Positions 31,771 to 46,034 of a stretch of DNA of 64,000 nt are shown here, one piece after another. The number at the start of each line of letters is the position of its first letter. Within the stretch, counting starts at the first letter, position 1. This DNA comes from Octopus vulgaris (Eukaryota). The notes below the pieces were generated by a model. It was not told the DNA's origin and ran no database searches. It saw only the letters and a program-made list of their open reading frames with translations. Location of the stretch: assembly GCA_951406725.2 (NCBI GenBank), contig OX597822.1:33294001-33358000 (forward strand). The letters run 5' to 3'. Position numbers and translations under genes: made by a program.

Positions 31771-32062
31771 GAAGAATGACGCAAGATATTCCGAACAACC
31801 GTTCAGAACCTGCACGAGTCAATTACTCGGAGTATTTAAGTTTCATTGAAGCCATAGTTCACATATGTGCATTCATACCTATATATATATATATATACGT
31901 ATGTATGTATGTATGTATGTATGTATGTATGTATGTATGAATGTATGTATGTATGTATGTATGTATGTTATTCAATTTTATTTCAATATTTTTGCTAATA
32001 GGTTTCTAACCTAGATTCAGGGCTCGTTCATTGGAATTTCAACAACATCAACAGGGGATTTG

Positions 32063-32094
<32 letters not shown>

Positions 32095-32114
32095 TGTATG
32101 TATGTGTGTGTATG

Positions 32115-32148
<34 letters not shown>

Positions 32149-32639
32149 TGTATTTATGTATGTATATATGTATGCATGTATGTATTTATGTATGTATGTA
32201 TGTATGTATGTATGTATGTATGTATGTATGTATGTATGTATGTATGTATGTATGTATAATATAAGAAGGTAATAAAATAATGAACATGACTATTGCTGGT
32301 TAAAGAGATGAAAAGCGAACATGGCATTTTACAACGGCTAACAATTTTTCCTCAACTATAATATAAATATCATTTCCCAGTTAAATGGCAGCATGTACAG
32401 ACTTATCTATCTTCAAACTCCAAATAGAAAACCAGTGTGTTACGTAATTTGCTGACATATCTCTCGCAGTTGTTGCAGGGACAAGAACATGATGACTTTA
32501 GATAGTTCTAACCTGAAACCACGTGGAAACATGAGATACCTTCTTTCTGAGGTTTCTTCAGGATGATCAAAAGCACGGTAGCGAAGACTTTCCTATAGAA
32601 TGCTCAGTGAAGACATGCCTGTACTTGCACAGAGTCTGG

Positions 32640-33000
32640 CATGCAGTGAAACTCTTTAATTTCCTGTACGCATATGGGAAATGGATACTTAGAGCAGAGA
32701 TACAGAGAAATATAGAAGTACTGGAAATTAAGATGTTGCAGAAGCAACGTCTTAAATCATCTCGTGTTCGGAGCAGCACATCCATCGTAAACGAGTATGT
32801 CCGCCAAAATATCCATCGTGGCGCCGGCCACCCTGAGGACCTTCTCGTAATTGAAGAAAACAAAACGTTGAGATGACATGGTGATGTAACAAGCTCCAGT
32901 GGCTTTAAGCCATTTTTCAAGGAGCTGTGGAGTGGGAAGGGAGAAGAAGGGTAAAGAAAAGATACAGACAACATGAAGAAATGGACAGGAAAATCATTGG
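32640..33000 (+). mobile_element. RTE-clade LINE 3' relic
   Basis: FLYAYGKWILRAEIQRNIEVLE...NEYVRQ...LR*HGDVTSS..., ending in DNMKKWTG. Confidence 0.75.
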
Positions 33001-33189
33001 AGATCCTAGATCCAGGACATTAATATCACTGATGACTATTATTGATGTATAGCATGTTATGAAGGCGCCTCTACGTTTTCATTAGGGTCTGAGTGATAAG
33101 AATTGTAATTTAAGCCTGTTCGCCCTTGAACTTAACAATATAGTAAATCACTCGGTTTTCTACTGCCTATACCATACTTTCTATTATAC

Positions 33190-33223
<34 letters not shown>

Positions 33224-33733
33224 ATATATTCACACATATATATACATACACACATACATACTTACAATCAGAGAGACAGAAACAAATAAAGAGGAGATAG
33301 CTTTCTATACTTACATGCATATTTAATGCTTGCCGAGAACAAAAACTGTCTAATACATGATTAACAGCTATTTCGGTTAGGTTCTTCACTAAGTCAGTTC
33401 AGATAAGATACATTTACAGCGCCTGCAAGTTGTTAACACTGCTGTGATTCTTGAGAAATATTATCTTGCTGCTTAACTGTCTTCAATTTTGATACAACAG
33501 CTGAACTAAGTTCAACTTCAGCTACTTTCCTTTATCCATTATCTTTACATATAAACACCATTCCATTACTATTAAGTGAAAAGTTTTAAAGTTTCTTGTT
33601 GCATCTGCCGATTTTTATATGAAATGGTAGTTTCTTATTTAACTTGTGAACAGTGATCAATAAGTTTCCAGCTTTTCTCCTTCTTAATAGAAAGTGGTTT
33701 GCTGAAAAAATATCATGGTAGCTGTGTCAATTG

Positions 33734-34884
33734 TATTGCTTTTTATTCTAATTTTGAGTCAGCATTATGGACCTACGTTCGCTTATTAGTTTCACCTAGT
33801 TATATACGTTGATATATTGTAGAAGGTAAAAATCAAAGCAGCTGTAACACTGCATCATAATTTCATGAGATTGAGCTCTTGGTCCTGTATTTATAAAGGA
33901 GATGCGGTTATTTGTTCTAAATCTCTGCATTCAAGTAGCGCCTAAGTTAAATTTGCCTCTCGTCTTTTCATGGATGATTAAAAAAAGCACCAATTCCACA
34001 GCAGTGGATCGACAGAGCTGTAAGAACGATGGGCCGGAGGTTATGTGGTTTTGCGTTAACTCTCCAGCTGCTTGCATTCTGAGTTCTTGTGTGTGTGTGT
34101 GTAAATATATACATATACGTAAGTATGTATATAATATGTATATGTGAATATCACAGGATCGACCAGACTATCGGATGTTGTTATACACTGCTGGTCACAA
34201 TGCGCTTCCTTGCATTGTTTTAGCTTTCGAATGGTGCCACCCTGCTGGTAAGGTGGACAGGTGAACTTTGTCCCTGAACGGAACGCTAGTCTATCGTAGG
34301 CTTACTCATTTACAGCTGAGCGGAGAGGTGCAACGTAAAACGAAGTGTTCTGCTCAAGATGACAACGTACCATCGGTATGGTGAAACCACGATCTTGCGA
34401 TTCTTGAGTGCAATATCTTAAACGCATGGTCTACCTGGGGTGGTATCTGTCACATGCTTTAACATCTCCACCAACTTTGGTTGTTTTTAGCAAAGCCTTT
34501 TCTGTTACAAGCATTCCGGTTTGAGGATATCTTTCTCCCGCCTTCCAACTAGTGTTGGAGGCCTTATAGTGGGTCATGCGCTTTGCCTTCTCCCTCCTAA
34601 CTAAAAAGGCATTTTCAAAAATGGTTATTTGAGATATACTTGAATTTCTCTAGGGAAGAAGCACAATTTAACTTAGGCGCTACTTGAACGCAGATATTTA
34701 GAACAAATAACCGCATCTCCTTTATATATATTGAACCAAGAGCTCAATCTAATGAAATTATAATGCAGTGTTACGGTTTCTTTGATTTTTACCTTCCACA
34801 ATATATCAATGTATATAACTAGGTGAAACTAATAAGCGAACGCAGGTCCATAATGCTGACTCAAAATTAGAATAGGAAGCAATA
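33734..34884. repeat. ~220-bp inverted repeats (33734-33953 and 34665-34884) around a ~710-bp spacer containing a SINE fragment (34155-34430)
   Basis: Direct reverse-complement match along the whole arm. Confidence 0.88.
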
Positions 34885-36055
34885 AGATAGTACTATAAGA
34901 CAACTAAAGGCATAGTACTATCTTATAGTACTATAAGACAACTAAACGGCATTTTCGAAAATGGTTATTTGAGATATACTTGCATTTCTCTAGGGACGAA
35001 GCATAGTACTATAAGATAGTACTATAAGACAACTAACACTGGCAATTGAAACTGGTTCGCCGGGATGTTGTCTTTTGCAAGGGATCAATAAAATTTATGT
35101 TAAAATTGATATAATACAGAGTATGAAAGATGATTTTTTTAACTGCTAAACAGCGCGAAAACTGGAATAAACACTCAATAAAGACGAAATCAAACAAATG
35201 ATATCTCGTGAATAACAGCTACTTCACTACTAAAACTAAAAATAACAGAGTAACGCCTTTTTAATTTCTTTTTTTTTTTTAACATAAAACAAACTCTTGG
35301 AATAAAATATTCAATCTTTCTCTTCCTCTTTCTTTTTCGTTTCCTTCTTTCTTTTGGTGGTGTTTGTTTTGTCTTTCCTTTGTATTCTGTGCTGTTCTCG
35401 TGATATTACATCATTTTAATTGTTTCGTGTTTTCAATACAACAATACAACAATCTTATGAGGTTGTTCGAAAGCAATGGAATCTTAGTGAAAAAATAACA
35501 AAACATTACGATACTTCAGCTAGCGTTCTTGTAACGTCAACATGAAAACCTTGTGGTTATTTTAATCAGATTTTTCAGATGAATTATCTTTATGGCTGTA
35601 AAAATTCTCACTTTATTTTTCTCAGTTTTTCCTTTGAATTCTATAGTTTAGAATGCTCTATCTTCCTTCCTTCTCTTTTCAATCACTGCACAGTAGAATG
35701 GGGCGGAAATGTCGAAGTGATGGAGAAAACATCGCAGAGTCATTTTCCTTCTTCAACTAGTTTTAGTCATTGGACTGTAACCTTGCTGGAGCAACGCTTT
35801 AAAAGGGTTTGGTAACTAATGTAGGCCCAGTATTCTTTTCAGTCAATGATAGGTTAATCTGTCTTCCTGTACGCATTTGATGGATAAGCACCTCACTGCA
35901 AAGGCAGTGTAGTTTTTAAGAAGCTCGCTTTGTGACTACGTGATTTCGGGTTCAGTCTCACTGCGCAGCACCTTGGGCGAGTCTCTTCTACTGTATCCCT
36001 GGAACGACGCCTTGCGAGAAAATTTGGTAGACGGAAACTGTATGGAAACCCGCCG

Positions 36056-36071
36056 TATGTATGTATGGATG

Positions 36072-36157
<86 letters not shown>

Positions 36158-36210
36158 GAGACAGACAGACAGACAGACAGACAGGTAGGTAGGTAGGTAG
36201 GTAGGTAGGT
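36056..36210. repeat. Compound tetranucleotide microsatellite (TATG)(GGAT)(AGAT)n(AGAC)n(AGGT)n inside a family A remnant
   Basis: Directly visible. Confidence 0.9.
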
Positions 36211-36248
36211 GTCATTGTATTGAAAATCGGTATTGATTTGTTTACGAT

Positions 36249-36562
36249 AGGGGTCGATTAAATAAGTAACAGTTACGCACTGGGGTCGCTATTATCGACT
36301 TAATCCGTTTGTCTGTCCTTGTTTGTCCCCTCTGTGTGTAGTCCCTTGTGGGCAGTAAAGAAATAAAAAACGTTTGCACGCCGGACGAAATTTTTAGCGG
36401 TATTTCGTCTGTCGTTACGTTCTGAGTTCAAATTCCGCCGAGGTCGACTTTGCTCTTCATCCTATCGGGGTTGATAAATTAAGGACCAGTTGCGTACTAG
36501 GGGCGATCTAATCGACTGGCCCCCTCCCCAAAAATTTCGGGTCTTGTGTCTACAGTAGAAAA
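36249..36562 (+). mobile_element. SINE family B, two tandem partial units
   Basis: Tail-1 unit followed by core plus tail-2. Confidence 0.8.
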
Positions 36563-39069
36563 AAATAAATACATATAACTAATAAATGGAATTGTTTCAT
36601 TTGAAAATAGCCTTGTTCTAGAAATTCGTGTATTTTTATATTTCTCAAAGTTAAAATTCGAAAGTTATTTTTCTGAAATAATACCTGTTACAAAGTTAGT
36701 GAAAATAAAATGGGAAATATTTACTTTCGTGAAGCGGGAGAAAATCGAAAATTAATTTTTGGGGCAGAACCTGAGACGGTCTTCGTTGTTTCTTAGAGAG
36801 AAATAAAGCAAAATATGTGATGTGGATACTATCACATATTTGTGAAAAAAATTCTAATGAACTATTGACTGATTTGTTAATAAAGATATTAATATTAACA
36901 AACTATAACTAGTCATTAAGTATCAAACTGCCAACACAATTCATCATAAAATATATTTCTTACATTGCAAGAAGTCTGAAGTGTACAGTCGTTATTTTAC
37001 CAAGTAGTCAAAGAGTTGGATAGACAGCAGCTACGAGTTTTATTTTTTCTTTTACAAAGCCTCCAAAACTGATGGACTATAGGAAGGAATTCAACCAAAA
37101 TATCAGAGATCTGAGCTGAATACTTTCCACAGCTCAGTGCTGCCAAAATCACTCAATGAACAGGTGTTACGTTTACCTCCCAAGAACTAAAAGCGCAAAA
37201 AACAGAATAAGCCCGACAATGCATCTCATCCGATGTATAACATTTTTTGCAGTTCGTTGCTCTTAATTGATATATTTTATCGACCACGGAGAGAAGAAAG
37301 GTAAAGTTGACCTCGGCCAGATTTGACTCAGAACACAGAAAGCCAAAACAAATATCACAAAACAAACGTGTCTTCCACTCTAAAGATTCGACCAATTTGT
37401 CACCTTATTGAATCAACCGTTGTATGTCTATTATTCTCTTTTTACTAACCATTGAAGGATGAAGAAAATCTGATCCACATCAGAACGTAATAAGGTAAGA
37501 GGAACACCGAAACTCAGTCAGCTCTCGTCCCATCGTATATTCTTTTCTTTTCTGGTCTCTCGACACAGGGCCTGAAGTTTTATGGAAGGGATCCAGTCGA
37601 TTTGATCGACCTCAATAAGCAACTGGTACTTAATTTATCGACCCCAAAAGGATGAACGGCAAAGTCGACCTCGGTGGAATTTGACGTCTCCTCGTATATT
37701 GGCAAGTAAAGTTGTCAACGTCGAGAAACGAAAGGTAAGACATTTAGCGCGTCAGGTGTCCGATTTGGTTCCTGTTCTTGAACGATGCTTTCATTTTGCG
37801 TATGGCTAGAGACTTTGGAAAAAGAAACGTCAGTATTCGCCATTTCACCGTCCTAAAACGTAAGACGCTGTTTCTCATTGCCAGGAAATTACAATTGCTG
37901 GTCAGCTTGTGTTATAATGTAAGGAATGGGAAGAATATACTCTGAGTAAGTGGCGTTAAACATCCCAGAAACAAAGTTACGAATAACATGTTAAATTAAA
38001 TGTATGAACTGGAAATCGAAACCACGATTCTAAATCCAATTACATGACTGGTACTTATTTTAAGGCTGTAATAAAAACTAAAACTTGGTGGCCGTTTGCA
38101 TTCAACTTAATTCTATAATGTAAGCTTACAGTCTAGTTCCACATAGTTTAGTTTCACAATTTACTAGCGTAATTCGTACAATATAATTTATGGCGTCGTA
38201 TGCGTATTGCTTTATATTACCGGTTCTTGGTTAATTGTAGTTCAGTACTTCTCTTTCAAGGAATGGTATCTTACAAATTTAAGTCATCGTGCTTTGCAAA
38301 ACAGAAATAGATTATTTAAGCCTAGCAGAAGGTAATTAAGTACCTCATCCTCTATGTATTTCTTTTAAGATATTTGCAGAGACCAATTATATGTTAAAGT
38401 TTTGGGAAAATTACTAAAAAAAAAGTTGGTGCGGGGTAAGAACTAGATAATCGTTTCAGATTTTGGTACACCTGATATGTTGATTACATCGACCCCAGTG
38501 CTCATGTCGTACTTAATTTATCGATCCAAAGAATGATCAAAGATACAGTAGGCCTCAGCGGAATTGGAACTCGAAACGTAAAACCAGAAGAAATGCCGCA
38601 ATGTATTTTGTCCAGTGTAGTAAACTTTTGTTGATTTGCCGCCATGAAGAAATAGATAATGAAATTAAACTGAACGTTGATGTAACATTAGTCCTTATTC
38701 TGTTCATCGATAACGCGTTATCCTGTTCATATTTTAAATCTGACAAAGATTGTTTCATCAGCTTAGAATATGAATTCTGTATCTTGTTGAACTATTTCAA
38801 TTCTAAGAAGAATCACACTCCTTCTAAACGAAAACCAGTGTTCCCAGCCCCCAATTTGATGTGTTTTTTGAAATCACAACGACCAGATTAAGAACCGCTG
38901 TTTTATACTATGATCACTCAGTCCAAATTACATTCACCCGTAAGTATGGAAACCTATACACACTATTTCACATTGCTGGTCTCTATAGCGATGAAGAGAG
39001 TTTATTTTATATAATTACAAGTTTTTCAAGTATTGACATGTGGATTAAGTAAACTGAATGTATTATAAA

Positions 39070-39410
39070 GGGTAAAACCCCCTTTCAGTTACAAATAACT
39101 ATGGGATTGCACCTAGGAAGTTACCCTCCGAGGCACAAGTCCGAGCAAGATTGTTTATAGAAGACCAGCAGTCGTCCATGCATACCAGCCTCCCCTCTCC
39201 ACGCCACCGTTGTTAACAAAGGGAAAGGCAAAGGCCGATACAGCTTGGCACCAGTGACGTAGCAACACATTTCTACAGCTGAGTGAACTGGAGCAACGTG
39301 AAATAAAGTGTCTTGCTCAAGAACACAACATACAACCCGGTCCGGGAATCGACCTCACTACCTCATCATTGTGAGCCCGACGCTCTAGTCATTGAGCCAT
39401 ACGCCTTCAC
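39070..39410 (-). mobile_element. tRNA-headed SINE with CORE/V-like middle; tail shared with 56320-56495
   Basis: gttgtgttcttgagcaagacactt middle; gtcactggtgccaagctgtatcg...ggtgcaatccca tail. Confidence 0.7.
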
Positions 39411-40046
39411 AGGCACACACTCACACACACACACACACCAACATTGTATTATAAACATTAATACATAGATTTGTAATATAGATTTGTAATTGATATATTT
39501 TCTGTTACAAGCATATACGTTGTATCAGATATTTTCTGTTACAAGCATATACGCTGCATCGATTTTATATTAATTTATTGGTTGTTTATACTATATTTTC
39601 AATATTCATGTTTTATTTAAAAAGTAGATCCATTTTAATTATATGATTATTATTTTAAAAACTTATTTTAATAAGTATAATAGATTGATTTATTGTAGAA
39701 TTATTTAGATAATCTTGTAAAGAAAAGTCGATCATAATGTGTGTTTGTGTGTAGCAGAATATAAGTTCAGTTCAACGTAGATAAAGAAAACTAAACTCTT
39801 TATTCTAACCCTTTCTGTTGCGCCATCACTTCAACTGTTTTACTGCAATTGTAAAAGAAACAATAAATACTTCTGTGAAAAGCAAAATGCTACAAATTTG
39901 TAAGCAAGTGTCATATAACCGATTGAATCGGCCTAAGCGCTTCACTGGCAAGTATTTTATCAAGCTTAAAATTAACAAGGCAAAAGGACACAAAAAAATC
40001 ATCCCCAGTGAGATTTGAACGCAGGAGATAATAGACATACCAACAT

Positions 40047-40357
40047 CACCGTGATCACCGTGACCTACCGGGCTATCAGATGTTGCTACTCATCGCTGGG
40101 CACAATGCGTTTCGCATTGTTTTAGCCTTCAAATGACGCCACCCCTCTGGCTAAGCGAGCAGGCCAACAGAAGAAAGAGTGAGAGAAAGTTGCGGCGAAA
40201 GAGTGCAGCAGGAATCTCCACCACTCCCTGCCGGAGCCTCATGGAGCTTTAGATGTTTTCGCTCAATAAACACTCACAACGCACGGTCTGGGAATCGAAA
40301 CCGCGATCCTACAACCGCGAGTTCGCTGCCCTAACCACTGGGCCATTGCGCCTCCAC
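40047..40357 (-). mobile_element. SINE family C, tail variant 2, with 12-bp TSD
   Basis: TSD acataccaacat at 40035-40046 and 40358-40369. Confidence 0.9.
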
Positions 40358-40428
40358 ACATACCAACATACTGCAATGAATTTGTCAGACACTTAACTGA
40401 TTCAGTTATTTCAAAACTATTTGAGATG

Positions 40429-41300
40429 AGTGCAGGCATGATTTGTGTGATTAAGAATCTCGTTTTGAAGCAACGTGGTTTCAGGTTCGCTCCTTCCATG
40501 CGGGGAAATGTCTTCGGGTCGACCAATACCTTGCTAATAAGTTTGGTAGACGGACACTGTTTCGAAGCCATTCGTATATGTGTGTGTGTGCGTGTGTTTC
40601 ACTACCTGTGTTTGCGCACTCAGACACCATTTGACAACCGGTGTTGGTTTGTTTGCATCCCCGTAATCTAGCAGTTTAGCAACAGAGAGCCGATAGAATA
40701 AAAATCATCAGACTTAAAGCCAAGTACTGCGGTCGATTTCTTCGACTAAACTTTTCAAGGAGGTACCCCAGCATAGCATGGCCACAGTCCGGTGACTGAA
40801 ACAAGTGAAAGATAAAAGACATACAGTGCAGGCGTGGCCGTGTGATGAGAGGCTTGCTTCCCAACCACATGGTTCTCGGTTCATGCCCACAGTGTGGCAC
40901 CTTGGGCATGTGGCTTCTACTATAGCGTCGAGCCGACCAAAAAAAACCTTTGAATAGATTTTGTACACGGAAACAGAAAGAAGCTTGTCGTGTGTGTGCG
41001 TGTGTGTATGTGTGTGTCTGTGTCTGTCTGTCTGTCTGTCTGTCTGCCTGTCTGCCTGTCTGTCTGTTTGTCTGTGAGAGAGAGAGACAGGCAGTGTGTG
41101 TATGAGTGTGTCTTTGTGTGTCTTTGTGTCTGTGCTCCACCACCACCACCACCACTTAAAAGCCAGTGCAGAAACCCGATGGGAAAAAGTACCACACTTG
41201 AAAAAGAATAAGTCCTGGGGTCAATTCATTCGACTAAAGAAATTCTCTGAGACGGTGCTCCATCATGGCCGCAGTCTAATGACTGAAAATGATAAATGAC
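40429..41300 (+). mobile_element. Two tandem older family A SINEs
   Basis: Heads near 40429 and 40826; two ccagcatggcc..cagtc-like tails. Confidence 0.75.
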
Positions 41301-41374
41301 AAAAAATATGCCATAAATAAATACATAAATAGATGAACAAATAAATAAATAAATATATATATATACACACACAT

Positions 41375-41432
<58 letters not shown>

Positions 41433-42096
41433 TTCGGCCAATCTGATGACAACTTAATGACTGAACTGGTTGCGTGCATCTCTCAGCAATTACTAAGGAA
41501 AGTACAATAATAAATAATAATTTGCTTGCAGTGAAAATAAATGGATATTGGTGATACTAGTCCTGATAAGTGGTGAAGTTTCCAACAGATGTTGTAGATA
41601 GTTACGCGAAAAGTCCATTTCGGAAAAAGCAGGTACTTGAGAAGCTTTCGCGTGATTCTAATTTATCTATTGACAAGCAGGTATGTCACAGCTACAATGT
41701 TTTTATTCCTCGATAAATTCCATCTGATTAAAGTTTGTAAAGACACGCACTACGGCGATATATGTTTAAAGACGCAATGGGTTGACTTACAGGTACGTAT
41801 GTATGCTATGTGCATGCGGGCATTTATGTGAGCGAAGGTTCATATATAAATATACACATACATACAAATATATATGTAGACCTATACATACATACATGTG
41901 TATGTGTGAGTGTGTGAAACAGAGAACAACATATATTACACTTAACCACCAACTAACAATTAAACATATATTATAAAATAGACAGAATGGAAAACCTCAG
42001 CAAAACATCACACAAACCTCCAAGCAACAGAACGTACTTCAGACAACCAATGCAATATAAAAATTTACACACAAAATCACTCATATTTCAGGATAT

Positions 42097-42318
42097 TTTT
42101 TTCTACTCTAGGCACACGGCCTGAAATTTGTGGGGAGGGGGCCAGCCGATTAGATCGACCCCAGTTCTCAACTTGTACTTAATTTATCGACCCCGCCCCC
42201 GAAGGGATGAAGAGTAAAGTCGTCCTCGGCGGAATTTGAACTCAGAACGTAGCGACGAGCGAAATACCACGAAGCATTTCGTCCAGCCTGCTAATAATTC
42301 TGCCAGCTCGCCGCCTTA
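42097..42318 (-). mobile_element. SINE family B
   Basis: Head ggcggcgagctggcagaa, core, tail-2. Confidence 0.85.
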
Positions 42319-42929
42319 GATTTCATGTATATTAAAAGTAATTCTATGTTTGAATTTAGAGTTCAGCTTATATATTTCTCGAATAAATTCAGATCGCATC
42401 ACCTTATCATTTTTAGATGTAGATGGAAGAATAACGTGGGTGGGGGGAACTAAGATCTCTTACAGCACAGAGGTATATACGAAAAAGCACTGAAAATATA
42501 TATGTTTGCACGGAGATAGTGATTGTCTCCATAGATATAAAACGTCACTAGTTAACCTTTTTCAGAGACGAGCTCAGCCACGTTGTTCTGGATTCAGTCC
42601 TACTGCGTAACAACTTGGGCGAGTGTCTTCTACTACAGACCTGCCCGATCAATGCCTTGCGATTGAATTTGGTAGATGAAAACCCGTCCTATATATATTA
42701 TTAACGTCTCTGTGGGTGGGGGGTTTCACAATCTTGGTCAAAAATCTCGATAGAAACATGAAATGTAGTATTCTTCTATGTATGTGTTAATATAAATATA
42801 AAATCTAATTAGCCACTAGATATTTGTAAGCAACGAAGTTAACTCATTTTATGTTACGTATTATAAAGTATGAATAACGAAACGTTTCATAATATTCTCT
42901 CTCTGTTAATGCAAGGTACATCAATGTTT

Positions 42930-43750
42930 TATAAATCTATGGAATTGTCATCTGAAAAAGGGTCTTCGGTTGTTGCTTTATGTGATAATGGACTCGTGTT
43001 TAGAAAACTATCAACTCAGCTAAATCTATCTCCAGGCAATATCTAGAAAAGATTTGTCTTAATTTGGTCAGACAGGCGAAAACAAGTCACTTAACAGATC
43101 AAGCAGATCTCGTGTCATAAACACTCCAGGCCGACCGAATGTCATTGTCTTCTTGTTGCGTTTTCATTTATACATAGCAATGCCATACAGTCAAAGTTGT
43201 TAGTAAGAGTAAAATGCAACACTAAAACAATAAGATTCTGACTGCTCAAAGACTTTGGTCCAATTGCGTGAACTGACGCTCCGTTGCTTAGGACGACCAG
43301 GGTTCCAGTTGATCCGCTCAAAGGAACAGCTCCACAGACACGCATGCGCCTGCACATACTTCTCGTGGAGATTCAGCGTGACACAGACTGTAACAAGGCT
43401 GGCCCCTTGAAATACAGGTACTACTCATTTTTGCCGGCTGAGTGAACTGGAGCAACATGAAATAACGCGCCATCGGGAATCGAACTCCCGACCCTAAGAT
43501 CGCGAGCCTAATACTCTAACCACTAAGTCACACCCCTTCACAAGTTACATGACACCAAACAAAAACTCCAAGGCAATCAAAGAACTGCCCACGACTGTTA
43601 GTAATTTTGCAGAGATCATGAAAATTAGTCCAATGAAAACTGACTTAAAATATCCAAAAGCCATTTGTTCGTCTTCCATCAAACACAAGATACAGCCCCT
43701 GGTTCACACATGCGAAAGTCCAGCAACTACCATCCATTTTGATATGGAAA
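42930..43750 (+). mobile_element. Tc1-like transposase relic, interrupted by a SINE (43230-43540)
   Basis: MELSSEKGSSVVALCDNGLVFRKLSTQLNLS then FGQTGENKSLNRSSRSRV, an HTH plus degenerate RSGRPR pattern; TIRs not resolved. Confidence 0.45.
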
Positions 43751-44039
43751 GCCACTTTTTATACAAAAAGAAAAGTTGTTATTTGAATAATACAGCAAGG
43801 TACCAATAAATTATAAAACCTGTACCTACACATTCCAACCCTACCTTCCCATCCCATTCCCGCATACCCCACCTCTACCCCCACCCTTGCTTTCCCCACT
43901 CTCACCTCCCCCTCCTCTCAACACCATCACACCACACATCACTACACCATACACCACCATACCATACAACACATCACCACGTACACCAGCCCTCTTCCAC
44001 ACGCACATACAAACTCTCAAATACATACACACGCGCACC

Positions 44040-44310
44040 TTCGTTTGGGAACCACCACTACTTTATTATCTCCCCTTCTTCCTAGCTCTCCTGTGTAACT
44101 CTTCTCTTCGGCATTTGCCATGATAGATCGTTAGCCACTACACTTTATTTATTTTCTCTCCTTGTTTCTTTCTGTGTTCTTTTCTGTGGAAGAGCGTAGG
44201 CTCGAAACGTTAAAGACTTTTTCACTTCCCGAGCGTTAAACTAATACATCTGTTTGTTGTCTACACCACCTGTCTTCGTCTTTTGTTGTTTTTTTGTGGA
44301 TTCTCAGATA
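44040..44310 (+). mobile_element. Penelope-like pLTR fragment ending in (TA)n, with degenerate HHR
   Basis: 44179-44215: cttttctgtgGAAGAgc gtag gctc GAAACGTT aaag. Confidence 0.55.
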
Positions 44311-45283
44311 TATATATATATGAGAAACAGTTTTACTAGGAAATATATTCAAGGCTGCATCATCTGTAGTGTATAAACTTATACATTCACATTGTAGCTA
44401 ATAAGCTCACAGCGTTATTTTGACAGAGATATCCTGTCAAAGAAAGTTTTGTAATACTTGCTACTTGTTATCTTTCCTCACAGGCACCAGAAACCTGTCA
44501 TGCTATACATTGAAGCTTTGACTTGGTATCCAATCCAAATTATTAAATATTTCTAAAGAACTTCATCTTAGTCTCTAGCTTTTCGTTTTTGTACATAAAG
44601 ACGCCTGTTTTCTGTCACTTTCGGATCAGTGCCTAAATTTTATCGCTGAGATTGCACAAACATACACACGCACGCGCACACACACAGACGCACGCACTTA
44701 CGTGCATCGAATTACGACACGCATTATATTAACTTGGCAGTTTTCAATGCTGTCTGGAATTATGGATTTCATTTTTTTTTTCCTTTGTATGTTTTGATAT
44801 AAAGGAACAATGATAAAATGAATACGGACACTGCATTACTTAAGAAATTTTTACCTATTCACGAATACCCTGTTGTCTGCAAACGAAGAGCTTAAGCGAA
44901 TATGTAACGTTTCATTAGATATACTCTCTGATTGGTTGTATGTGATTGTAAAACATTATTCATATTTCTCACCGGAATGGAAATATCGGAATTAATAATA
45001 AAAAGCTATCAACATAAACGCATATGGATACTTAGCAATTTTGTATTTATTTACTTGGCGTATTCTTAATATCTGTCTGTCTAGATTATATAATAATGAA
45101 CAAAACAGGATTTATAATTTGAAGATACTACTTCTCTCATAACAAGTTTGATTTAAAGTTGGCTTCAGAAACATTAGGCTAGTTTTGAAAACGAAGGTTA
45201 AATGCCCCTATTTTTTAATCAACGTATACAATAGAAACATCCAGATAGCTGTGAAAAGATAGTCATTTTAAAATTTTGTAATA

Positions 45284-45525
45284 GATTTATTCAAATACCA
45301 AACCGGTTTCGACAATTTTTTGCCTATCAATGGTAAAAAGGAATAAAGGGATTAGAAGAGTTTAAAGTTGCAAGGTAAAATTCGGAAAAACATGTTTAAA
45401 CGATCAAATGTTTTTCCGTTTTTTACTTTTCAAATTTAAACTCTCCTACACCCATTATTTATTTATTCGTTTTTACCACTGATCAGCAAAAAATTGTCGA
45501 AACCAGTTTGCTATTTGAATAAATC
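45284..45525. repeat. Inverted repeat (45284-45393 and 45408-45525) with an HHR remnant in each arm
   Basis: Right arm acca CTGATcA gcaa aaaa ttgtc GAAACCaGTT tg; left arm minus strand ...GAAACCGGTT tggt. Confidence 0.8.
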
Positions 45526-45607
45526 GTCATATCTGTTACACAATTTAAAACAACTACACGTGTGATATTCAGGTACATCTTTCAAACACCAAAACAAATT
45601 CTCTCTC

Positions 45608-45675
<68 letters not shown>

Positions 45676-45700
45676 ATGTAAATATAAGTATATATGTATG

Positions 45701-45735
<35 letters not shown>

Positions 45736-46034
45736 GTATATATGTATATCTCTTACGATAAAAGGCAGATTTTCTCTGCCTGTTCCCATGTTTCTTTTTA
45801 ATACAATTCTACAATATAGAATTTCTTCAATTGGAATTTACCTATGATTTTTCCAAGTAGATTCGATTGGGTCATGACATGTAAAGTTTTTTCAATTTGA
45901 CCCCCAATTAAGCAAAAATTCGAGAAAATTCAATATTTTACGATTTGCCTACCTCATTTCAAGTGGTTTACTCCTGCTATTACCACCACACTTTCTCCTA
46001 TTTTCTCTTTGCAAGTGTGAAACTATTAAAGTAT

